NCBI GenBank assembly: GCA_047611225.1
Contig: JBLFWP010000003.1
Coordinates: 88,583 to 152,582 of the forward strand
Direction of reading: 5' to 3'
DNA from: Halioglobus sp.
GTDB taxonomy: Bacteria > Pseudomonadota > Gammaproteobacteria > Pseudomonadales > Halieaceae
Length of the DNA stretch: 64,000 bases
Below the pieces are notes generated by a model that saw only the letters and a program-made list of their open reading frames with translations, searched no databases and was not told the origin of the DNA. Shown one piece after another: positions 18,714-26,917 of the stretch (positions are counted from its first letter, which is position 1; the number at the start of each line of letters is the position of its first letter). Position numbers and translations under genes: made by a program.

Positions 18714-19334
18714 ATGAGCGACACCAGCGCACAAGACAAAAAGGACGCCAAGCACAAGGCGGCCATGGAAAAACAGAAGACCAGCGTCGATGCCAGCATA
18801 GACGCTGCCAGTATTGAGCGCGGTGTCGCCCTACTCCTTACCGGTGACGGTAAGGGTAAATCCAGTTCTGCATTCGGTATGGTGATGCGGGCTCTGGGTT
18901 ACGGCCAGAAAGTTGGCGTAGTGCAATTTATCAAAGGAGTGCAACTCTCCGGCGAGGAAATCTACGTCAAAGAGCAGTGCCCTGAGGTGGATTTTCACCA
19001 GATGGGTACCGGCTTTACCTGGGACACACAGGACCGCAGCGGCGACATTGCCGCTGCAATCAGTACCTGGGCTATTGCCAAGCCCATGCTGCAGGACGAC
19101 AGCTACAACCTGGTAGTGTTGGACGAACTAACCTACATGATCGCCTTTAACTATCTTCAAGAAGACGAAATCATTCATGCTATTGCGGAACGCCCCCCCG
19201 GACAAAGTGTTGTTGTCACCGGGCGCGGAGGTGGCAAAGCCCTGCAGAAAGTGATGGATACAGTGTCCGAAGTGAAGGAAATCAAACACGCTTACAAAGC
19301 CGGCATCATGGCGCGCAAAGGCGTCGACTATTAA
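18714..19334 (+). CDS. btuR: Cob(I)alamin adenosyltransferase (BtuR/CobO)
   Basis: TGDGKGKSSSAFG, QFIKG, GTGFTW, LDEL, TGR, KHAYKAG. Confidence 0.95.
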   Translation: MSDTSAQDKKDAKHKAAMEKQKTSVDASIDAASIERGVALLLTGDGKGKSSSAFGMVMRALGYGQKVGVVQFIKGVQLSGEEIYVKEQCPEVDFHQMGTGFTWDTQDRSGDIAAAISTWAIAKPMLQDDSYNLVVLDELTYMIAFNYLQEDEIIHAIAERPPGQSVVVTGRGGGKALQKVMDTVSEVKEIKHAYKAGIMARKGVDY

Positions 19335-19347
19335 GGGGCAGCGTGAA

Positions 19348-20370
19348 ATACGTGCCACGCGCCTGATCCTTTTTCTCAGTTTACTTCTTCCCTGTGCAAT
19401 TCTTCTGGGTCTGGCCAGCGGCGCCGTCCCACTTTCTGCCGCGGATGTTTTCGGCGGCTTACGCGATACATTTTTGGGAGAGAGCAACTCTCAGGCAGCC
19501 GTGATTATCGGCCAGATTCGCATGCCTAGAGTTCTACTGGCTGCTGTAATGGGGGCCACTCTCGCGATGAGCGGCGCTGCCATGCAGGGGCTTTTTCGGA
19601 ATCCACTGGCAGACCCATCATTGATTGGTGTGGTATCGGGAGCCTCTCTGGGGGCTGCACTGGTCATTGTCGCTGGCGGAGAATTTTTACAGGGTTATCT
19701 TGGACTCACATTGGTTTCCGCAGGAGCCTTCATTGGCGGTGTGATCGCCGTACTATTTGTTTACCATCTTGCTACCTCAGCCAACGGAACTTCAGTAGCG
19801 ACCATGTTACTGGCGGGTATAGCCATCACCGCTCTTTCCGGCGCGCTGGGTAGTCTGCTCGAGTTTTTCGCCGACAACGATATGCTGCGGCGCATCAGCC
19901 TGTGGAAGATGGGCGGTCTCGATGGCGCCAACTATCCGCGCCTGATACTGGCATCCATTGTCAGCGGTGCCCTGCTCTTCGTTTTACCTCGCTATTCAGC
20001 TGCGCTAAATGCTCTTCTTCTGGGTGAATCTGAGGCACGCCATCTCGGCGTACAAGTGAGCAGCGTTAAGGTGACATTAATCGTTTGGGTAGCAGTGGGC
20101 GTAGGTACCTCTGTCGCTATGGTGGGTACCATCGCTTTTGTCGGCCTGGTGGTGCCCCACATCGTACGCATGATCTCTGGCCCTGATCATCGCACTCTGC
20201 TGCCCGCCTCCGCTCTGGCGGGCGCTCTGCTACTGGTAGTGGCCGATATTCTGGCACGTATTGTGGTTGCCCCTACTGAGCTGCCGGTGGGTGTCATAAC
20301 GGCCCTGGTAGGCGTGCCATTTTTCATCTCATTACTGCGCAACCGCCACCAATACGGCATGCAGTCATGA
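19348..20370 (+). CDS. btuC: Cobalamin ABC transporter permease (FecCD family); start uncertain
   Basis: RMPRVLL, QGLFRNPLADP, LGESEA, FVGLVVPH; frame stays open upstream of TTG 19474 through TM1 but has no ATG/GTG/TTG. Confidence 0.8.
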   Translation: MRATRLILFLSLLLPCAILLGLASGAVPLSAADVFGGLRDTFLGESNSQAAVIIGQIRMPRVLLAAVMGATLAMSGAAMQGLFRNPLADPSLIGVVSGASLGAALVIVAGGEFLQGYLGLTLVSAGAFIGGVIAVLFVYHLATSANGTSVATMLLAGIAITALSGALGSLLEFFADNDMLRRISLWKMGGLDGANYPRLILASIVSGALLFVLPRYSAALNALLLGESEARHLGVQVSSVKVTLIVWVAVGVGTSVAMVGTIAFVGLVVPHIVRMISGPDHRTLLPASALAGALLLVVADILARIVVAPTELPVGVITALVGVPFFISLLRNRHQYGMQS

Positions 20371-21161
20371 TTACGCTGCAGCTGGAACAGATCAGCGCAG
20401 CACCCTGGGGAGATCCCTTACTACAGGATATCTCAATCGTTTTGGAGCCCGGTAATATTCTGGCGCTGGCAGGGCCAAATGGCGCAGGGAAATCCAGTCT
20501 GCTTAAATTGATGGCAGGCGACATTGAACCTAGCAATGGAACAATCACTCTGTGCGACCGCCCCTTGCAAGACTGGGCGCCACAGGAACGTGCCCTGCAT
20601 ATGGCTTTTCTGCCGCAAATGTCCCTACTCAACTTTCCCTATACGGTGGAGGAAGTCGTGCTGCTGGGACGCACGCCGCATGACACCGGCCGAGAGCGGG
20701 ACCTGGAAATACTGGAAGAGGTACTACATCTCACAGACATGACATCTTTCCGCGAGAAACTCTATACACAGCTGTCCGGCGGCGAAAAGCAACGCACACA
20801 ATTAGCTCGAGTATTTGCTCAGATTTGGGATGACACCACCCTGAGTGGCAAGCTGTTACTGCTGGACGAACCCAACTCGGCACTGGATTTAGCGCACCAG
20901 CAACAAATACTCAGCGCTGTGCACATGCTAGCCGAGCGCGGCTGCGCAGTGGTGTTGGTCATACACGATCTCAATCTAGCAGCTACCGTGGCAGACAGAG
21001 TACTGGTTCTGGACAATGGCAAATCGGCCGCACTGGGAACACCAGAAGATATATTTACGCCGGAGCTATTTCAAGAGGTGTTTCACGTTGCTGTGACCAT
21101 CACCAATCACCCACAACAAAATACGCCGCTGATCATTCCTGAGCGACCGGGATTTCGATGA
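20367..21161 (+). CDS. btuD: ABC transporter ATP-binding subunit (BtuD/HmuV type)
   Basis: GPNGAGKS, LSGGEKQR, LLLDEP; ATGA overlap with the permease. Confidence 0.8.
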   Translation: MITLQLEQISAAPWGDPLLQDISIVLEPGNILALAGPNGAGKSSLLKLMAGDIEPSNGTITLCDRPLQDWAPQERALHMAFLPQMSLLNFPYTVEEVVLLGRTPHDTGRERDLEILEEVLHLTDMTSFREKLYTQLSGGEKQRTQLARVFAQIWDDTTLSGKLLLLDEPNSALDLAHQQQILSAVHMLAERGCAVVLVIHDLNLAATVADRVLVLDNGKSAALGTPEDIFTPELFQEVFHVAVTITNHPQQNTPLIIPERPGFR

Positions 21162-22021
21162 AGAAATTTCTATTCCTGCTACTGGCCTACACCGTCGTGA
21201 TGAAGACGCAAGCGATCACAGTGGAAGACTTTGCCGGGAGACAAGTTACCCTGGACAAGCCCGCTGAACGTATTGTGGCACTGGCTCCACACATTGTAGA
21301 AAACCTGTATAGCGCCGGTGCTGGTAGCCGGCTGGTAGGCGTGGTCAGCTATAGCAATTTTCCGGAGGCGGCTACCCTGATACCCGAAGTGGGAACCTAC
21401 AATGCATTCAGTCTGGAGCAAATTGTAGCGCTGCAGCCAGACCTGGTGGTTATGTGGGGTTCCGGCAACGGCATGCAAACGCTACCTGCGCTGGAAAACC
21501 TGGGCATCCCTGTGTATGTCAGCGAGTTACGTCACCTGTCAGAGATCCCACAAAGCATCCATCGTCTAAGCCTGCTGGCAGGAACAGACAACATTGGCAT
21601 CAAGGAAGCGGCCCGCATTGAAGGCGAGCTACAGAAGCTGCGCAAGGTTTATGGGCAGGAAAAAGCCGTCAGTGTGTTCTACCAGATATGGAATGAACCC
21701 CTGCAAACAGTGAACGGGGATCACTTAATCAGTGAGCTTATCACCCTCTGCGGAGGCCGCAATATCTTCACAGAGGCAGCCTCGCTAGCGCCTAGAATAA
21801 GTATTGAATCTGTTTTGCTACACGACCCCCAAGCCATTGTTGCAAGCGGCATGGGCGAAGCGCGCCCGGAATGGCTGGACCAATGGCGCAGCTATCCCCA
21901 TCTAACGGCTGTTTCCCAGGACGCCCTCTTTTTTATCAACCCCAATCACGTACAGCGGCCTACTTCGCGTATTCTTAAAGGCGCACAGCGCTTGTGCGAA
22001 CAACTCGAAGACATTCGCTAA
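21158..22021 (+). CDS. btuF: Periplasmic cobalamin-binding protein
   Basis: RIVALAPHIVENLYSAGAG, CGGRNIF, C-terminal RP...LC. Confidence 0.85.
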   Translation: MKKFLFLLLAYTVVMKTQAITVEDFAGRQVTLDKPAERIVALAPHIVENLYSAGAGSRLVGVVSYSNFPEAATLIPEVGTYNAFSLEQIVALQPDLVVMWGSGNGMQTLPALENLGIPVYVSELRHLSEIPQSIHRLSLLAGTDNIGIKEAARIEGELQKLRKVYGQEKAVSVFYQIWNEPLQTVNGDHLISELITLCGGRNIFTEAASLAPRISIESVLLHDPQAIVASGMGEARPEWLDQWRSYPHLTAVSQDALFFINPNHVQRPTSRILKGAQRLCEQLEDIR

Positions 22022-22076
22022 GTTTTACTGCCGCCAGAAAGACGAAACTCTCTTAGGCTAGGGCCTTCGAAATTGC

Positions 22077-22104
22077 TTGCCAGCCCCCCAGCCTTTGCTA
22101 AGCT
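22077..22104 (+). promoter_or_regulatory. Putative sigma70 promoter of metY
   Basis: TTGCCA-N16-TAAGCT with extended -10 TG. Confidence 0.45.
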
Positions 22105-22153
22105 CTGAGCGTCCACAAAATACTGACGACATCCATCTGAAAAGGAGTTCCCT

Positions 22154-23428
22154 ATGAAACCCGAAACCATCGCACTACACGCCGGCTACAACGGCGACCC
22201 GGCCACCAATGCGGCCACTACGCCCATATACCAAACCACCTCTTACACTTTCGACAACACTCAACACGGTGCCGATCTGTTTGACCTAGCCGTCCCGGGA
22301 AATATCTACAGCCGCATCATGAACCCCACCAATGCAGTACTTGAGCAGCGCCTCACTGAGCTGGAAGGCGGCGTTGGAGCGCTGGCGGTAGCATCCGGTA
22401 TGGCTGCCATACGCTACTCTATTGAAGCCATTGCGGAAGTTGGCAGCAATATCGTAAGTACCTCCCAGCTGTATGGCGGTACCTACAATCTCTTTGCCCA
22501 CACGTTCCCGCGACAAGGCATCGAAACACGCTTCACAGACGCGGATGATTTCGACAAAGTTGCCGCGTCCATCGATGAGAATACAAAGGCCCTGTTCTGT
22601 GAATCTATAGGCAACCCCGCTGGCAATATTGTGGACATCCGGCGTTGGGCTGATATCGCTCACGCAGCCGGTGTACCGCTCATCGTAGACAACACAGTTG
22701 CTACACCTCTACTGTGTCGCGTTTTTGACCATGGCGCCGATATCTCCGTGCATTCACTGACTAAATATATCGGTGGGCATGGCACCACCATAGGCGGCGC
22801 TATCGTCGACTCCGGAAAGTTCGATTGGGCTGCGCACAAAGAACGCTTTCCCATCATGAACACGCCCGACCCCTCCTATCACGGTGTGGTCTTTACCGAA
22901 GCTATGGGCGAGGCCGCGTACATTGGCCGCTGCAGGGTGGTCCCACTGCGCAATACTGGCGCAGCGTTGTCTGCCAGCAGTTCATTCCAAATCATGCAGG
23001 GCCTGGAGACCCTGAGCCTGCGCATGGAGCGTCATTGTGAGAACGCACAGAAGGTAGCCATGCACCTGCAAGCGCATCCCCAGGTGAAATGGGTGAACTA
23101 CGCTGGCCTTGAAAACAGCCCTTACCGAGAGAACAGTGAAAAGTTCTGTAGCGGTAAAGCAGCTGGCATTCTCAGCTTTGGTATTGAAGGTGGCATAGCG
23201 TCTGGTACAAAGTTTATCGACGCTTTGCAGCTGATCCTGAGGCTAGTCAACATTGGTGACGCCAAGTCATTGGCCTGCCATCCAGCCAGCACAACGCACC
23301 GCCAGCTTAACCCTGAGGAACTGGCATCAGCAGGCGTTTCCGAAGAGATGGTCAGATTGTCTGTCGGCATTGAGCATATCGATGACATTCTGGAGGATGT
23401 TGATCAGGCGTTGGCCGCGGCAAAATAA
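22154..23428 (+). CDS. metY: O-acetylhomoserine/O-acetylserine sulfhydrylase
   Basis: PIYQTTSY, GNIYSRIMNPT, HSLTKYIGGHG (PLP Lys), NIGDAKSLACHPASTTH. Confidence 0.9.
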   Translation: MKPETIALHAGYNGDPATNAATTPIYQTTSYTFDNTQHGADLFDLAVPGNIYSRIMNPTNAVLEQRLTELEGGVGALAVASGMAAIRYSIEAIAEVGSNIVSTSQLYGGTYNLFAHTFPRQGIETRFTDADDFDKVAASIDENTKALFCESIGNPAGNIVDIRRWADIAHAAGVPLIVDNTVATPLLCRVFDHGADISVHSLTKYIGGHGTTIGGAIVDSGKFDWAAHKERFPIMNTPDPSYHGVVFTEAMGEAAYIGRCRVVPLRNTGAALSASSSFQIMQGLETLSLRMERHCENAQKVAMHLQAHPQVKWVNYAGLENSPYRENSEKFCSGKAAGILSFGIEGGIASGTKFIDALQLILRLVNIGDAKSLACHPASTTHRQLNPEELASAGVSEEMVRLSVGIEHIDDILEDVDQALAAAK

Positions 23429-23480
23429 CCCGCGAGTGAAAGAGGCGGTACAGCCCTTGTGGCTGCGACCACGCCTCCAT

Positions 23481-23511
23481 AAAAAAAGCCCGGTAAATAC
23501 CGGGCTTTTTT
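23481..23511. terminator. Bidirectional intrinsic terminator
   Basis: A7-GCCCGGT-AAAT-ACCGGGC-T6 between convergent metY and TonB receptor. Confidence 0.9.
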
Positions 23512-23542
23512 GTTAATCCGGGCGTAGCCCGGTCTTCAAACC

Positions 23543-26116
23543 TTAGAAGCTAGCAGAAACTCTGGCGTACCAGAATGCACCGTTAAATCCATAAGGTGAA
23601 GTTACGGCGTACTTGGCTCCGAGGAAACCCAGTGTACCGTCCTGCTCCTCATCGGGGTATTCATCGAATACGTTCTCACCACCGATTGCCACTGTATAGT
23701 GCTCAGCAAAGGTATAACGAGCTTCGATATCAACCAGATACGATTCGTCATAAGTTGCCGGTTCCGGGATACTCTGGTCAGCAGAAAAGAGCCCTGGAGT
23801 CGTGGACCACTCATCGTAATAGTTAACGCGAGTCAACAGAGATAAACCGCCGAGGTCGTAGTTGAACGACAGCACTGCGCTATTCTCAGGTACCTGATTC
23901 TCAAGATCATAAACACGCGATGCGGTTATAGCATTCGCTTTAAAGTCTGTAATCTCCTGTTCGTTATGGTTGTAAGAGAAGTCGGAAGTCAACACACCGC
24001 CGCCAAGATCACACCAGGCGCTAGCGGAGAAGTCGATACCGGTAACTTCTGTATCAAAACCATTTACGAAATAGTTCGCGTTACTATCCAGCAGTAAGTT
24101 TGCATTCTCAAAGCCCTGTGAATTGAGCGCATTAACGTTTGCCTGGGTTACCGTGTTGGACGACAAGGCCAGACGATCGTCTATCTCGATGCTGTAGTAA
24201 TCAACTGTGATCTCATAGTTATCACCGGGCGTCCAGACCAGACCCACTGTATAACTGGTAGATTCCTCTACCTCTAGATCAACTGCACCCAGTACCTGAG
24301 ATACAGGGTGATCTACAGGGTAAGTACCACTGGGAATCAGGTTGCCACTGGAGTCAGCCGTAGTGGTTACGTTGTCTGTGTTGACCTGTCCAGGTGATGG
24401 TGCACGAAAGCCAGTGTTGGTTGTTGCACGCAAAGCAAAGGATTCAGTGAAGTCATAACGCGCCGAGAACTTGTAATCCAGATTGGCGCCAAACTCCTCA
24501 TAATCTTCGTAACGCATGGCAACGCCCAGAGTTAAGCTATCGGTGGCATCTGCTTCGACGTCGACGTAAGCTGCCCAGCTATCACTATCCCATTCGCCGG
24601 CTGATTCCGGTGCAAATCCTGCAAAGCCATCAGAACCTTTGCCAAACTGGGCAGTAGTGGGCCCAACTGCATTTGACGCCTCGTCACCAGCCTCAATTTC
24701 ATAGGTCTCACGACGCCACTCGCCACCGAAGGCCACGTTAAGTGGGGCATCTTCGAAAGCCTTTACAAAGTCCAGGTTCACGCCCGTTTCTTCCTGCGTG
24801 AGTGTGCCTGGATTGAAGCTAGTAGGACTCAAGCGACCCAAACTAGGGTTGATGCTCTGATTCAGAACATAGTCAACTTCATTTGAGCCGTAGCGCGCGC
24901 TAAGGTCCCAGGTCATACCGTCTGCCAACTCGCCTCTAGCACCACCCAGGAAAGCCATATCTGTGATTTCAGCGCCAAAAGTCGGGCCATAACCACCGGG
25001 AAACAGTGTGTGAATAGGGTTCTGCAGAACATAGCCACTGGGGCTAGCACCATCGGCTACGAGGTAGTCAGCAGGATCCAGACCTTGTCCCATAATATCG
25101 GCCACGAGGCTGGCATCCGCAAAATCGGGCTGTCCATCGCCATCGTTGTCCGTCTGTAGTGTGGTACGCGCAGGGTTATCGATATTGCCATCACCAGGCA
25201 GAACCGGTCCGCGGTAGAAAAATCCACCTTCGGTCTCGCTTTCAACGTAGCTGGCATTGCCGTACAGCTGCAAAGTGTCGCTCACATTAAAGCCTGTGTT
25301 GGCAAAGAATTTTAAAGCTTCAACATCGGGATCGCCCCAGCGTTGACCGAAACCGTTGTAGGGCACTGCACTGGCACCCACTATGTCAGCAACAGCCGCT
25401 GCATCTGGCCGTGCATTGCCGCGACTAGTAATATCGGACTCTGCAAATTCGGCGGTCAAGTTCAGGAAACCTTCGTCACCCAATGCCAAGCCTGCGTTCG
25501 CACTGATTGTCATGCGCTCGCCATCTCCTTCGTCGTATTCGCCATACTGGGCGGAAACGTTAAAGCCTTCGCTGGCATCCTTGAGGATAACGTTAACCAC
25601 GCCGGCAATAGCATCAGAGCCATACTGAGCCGAAGCACCATCGCGCAGTACTTCCACTCGCTTGATAGCGGCTGAGGGGAACATGGCGAAATCGACACCC
25701 TGTGAACCCTGGTTGACGGTACCCAGAGGTGCCAACTGCAAGTTAACCAGAGCCGAACGATGACGGCGGCTGCCGTTTACCAATACCAGAGTATGGTCGG
25801 GCGACAAGTTACGCAGCGTTACCGGACGTACAAAAGCAGTACCGTCGGCAATTGGAAAGCGCTGAGTGTTCAGGGCTGGCGACACTTTGGTCAATGAATC
25901 GGTAAGGTCGAAAGAAGGTTGGTTGGTCAGAACGCTGCCACTGATGACATCAGTGGGCGACAGTGTCTCTGACGGAGCCAGTCCTTCTTTACGTGTACCA
26001 GTGACAACCACTTCTTCCGTGATGTTCACTGGCTCTTCCGCCAGAACCAGCGGGGCGTAAAGTATCGGCATTAAAGCCAGTACAGATGAGGCGAGTATTG
26101 TTTTCTTGAATTGCAT
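23543..26116 (-). CDS. TonB-dependent receptor
   Basis: EEVVVTGTR, IKRVEVLRDGASAQYGSDAIAGVVNVILK, C-terminal Phe. Confidence 0.92.
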   Translation of the reverse strand: MQFKKTILASSVLALMPILYAPLVLAEEPVNITEEVVVTGTRKEGLAPSETLSPTDVISGSVLTNQPSFDLTDSLTKVSPALNTQRFPIADGTAFVRPVTLRNLSPDHTLVLVNGSRRHRSALVNLQLAPLGTVNQGSQGVDFAMFPSAAIKRVEVLRDGASAQYGSDAIAGVVNVILKDASEGFNVSAQYGEYDEGDGERMTISANAGLALGDEGFLNLTAEFAESDITSRGNARPDAAAVADIVGASAVPYNGFGQRWGDPDVEALKFFANTGFNVSDTLQLYGNASYVESETEGGFFYRGPVLPGDGNIDNPARTTLQTDNDGDGQPDFADASLVADIMGQGLDPADYLVADGASPSGYVLQNPIHTLFPGGYGPTFGAEITDMAFLGGARGELADGMTWDLSARYGSNEVDYVLNQSINPSLGRLSPTSFNPGTLTQEETGVNLDFVKAFEDAPLNVAFGGEWRRETYEIEAGDEASNAVGPTTAQFGKGSDGFAGFAPESAGEWDSDSWAAYVDVEADATDSLTLGVAMRYEDYEEFGANLDYKFSARYDFTESFALRATTNTGFRAPSPGQVNTDNVTTTADSSGNLIPSGTYPVDHPVSQVLGAVDLEVEESTSYTVGLVWTPGDNYEITVDYYSIEIDDRLALSSNTVTQANVNALNSQGFENANLLLDSNANYFVNGFDTEVTGIDFSASAWCDLGGGVLTSDFSYNHNEQEITDFKANAITASRVYDLENQVPENSAVLSFNYDLGGLSLLTRVNYYDEWSTTPGLFSADQSIPEPATYDESYLVDIEARYTFAEHYTVAIGGENVFDEYPDEEQDGTLGFLGAKYAVTSPYGFNGAFWYARVSASF

Positions 26117-26233
26117 TGCGGTGCTCCCAAGCGAGTGTGCTTATGATTGTTTGAAAAATTACTGATGGATCTGTTTTTATTATCAGTTGCAGTCTAACCC
26201 TTCGGGCGGAAAGGTTAAGCAGCGTGATTGTTA

Positions 26234-26770
26234 CTATTTCATAGAAAAAATAGCGTGCGAAAATAACGGCGGTATGTCTGTACCGGCCTCCCCCGCCGCC
26301 TCCATTTCCGCCACGACAGCCAGCAAAGCCGGCCCCAGCTGTGGTTTGACCTCCTGCGGCCTGAGAGGGTCACCACATTCGCTGCAGGTCAGGGTTGGCT
26401 TCACCCGGTGCCCGCATTTCTGGTGGACGTATTCCAGCGGTGCTCCAGCGCCCTTATCCATCCAGTCATCACCCCAACGGGCTAGGCTCATCATAACGGG
26501 GTAGAGGCCAAGCCCCTTGCGGGTCAGACGGTATTCATAGCGCAAGGGACGCTCATGATAGGGCACTTTAACCAACACCCCATGATCCACCAGCTTTCCC
26601 AAGCGCTCTGAGAGGCGATGGCGTGTAATACCCAGATTGCGCTGAAACTGGTCAAATCGGCGCGTTCCCAGAAAGGCATCGCGTAGAATCAGCATGGTCC
26701 AACGCTCGCCTACAACGGACAATGCCCTAGCCACGGAGCACACCTGTTGATCGATATCATCCCATCGCAT
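26234..26770 (-). CDS. HxlR family transcriptional regulator
   Basis: CSVARALSVVGERWTMLILRDAF...EYRLTRKG; C-terminal HxxC...CxxC. Confidence 0.9.
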   Translation of the reverse strand: MRWDDIDQQVCSVARALSVVGERWTMLILRDAFLGTRRFDQFQRNLGITRHRLSERLGKLVDHGVLVKVPYHERPLRYEYRLTRKGLGLYPVMMSLARWGDDWMDKGAGAPLEYVHQKCGHRVKPTLTCSECGDPLRPQEVKPQLGPALLAVVAEMEAAGEAGTDIPPLFSHAIFSMK

Positions 26771-26803
26771 TGTCTTTTCTCACCTCAGGCCAGTAGTTCT
26801 TAT

Positions 26804-26844
26804 TGTTACCGCAAAATGTAACATATTGATTCCTATTTGGAACC
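26804..26844. promoter_or_regulatory. Two palindromes upstream of the HxlR gene (candidate operators)
   Basis: TGTTAC-N8-GTAACA and GATTCC-N5-GGAACC. Confidence 0.4.
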
Positions 26845-26872
26845 CTCTAAACGAGAACAAAAAGACGAGCAC

Positions 26873-26900
26873 AAAAAAAAGGGCGGATACAATCCGCCCT
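26873..26900 (-). terminator. Intrinsic terminator after the second TonB receptor
   Basis: GGGCGGAT/ATCCGCCC stem followed by U8 on the minus strand. Confidence 0.88.
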
Positions 26901-26917
26901 CTCTTCAAGCCTTGCCG

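Noticed and set aside
22022-22153. Possible SAM riboswitch ahead of metY
   Set aside because: The leader after the predicted promoter is about 45 nt and lacks recognisable SAM-I/II/V core motifs
26150-26190. Possible Fur box upstream of the first TonB receptor
   Set aside because: Only a GATAAT half matches; otherwise an ordinary A-rich leader
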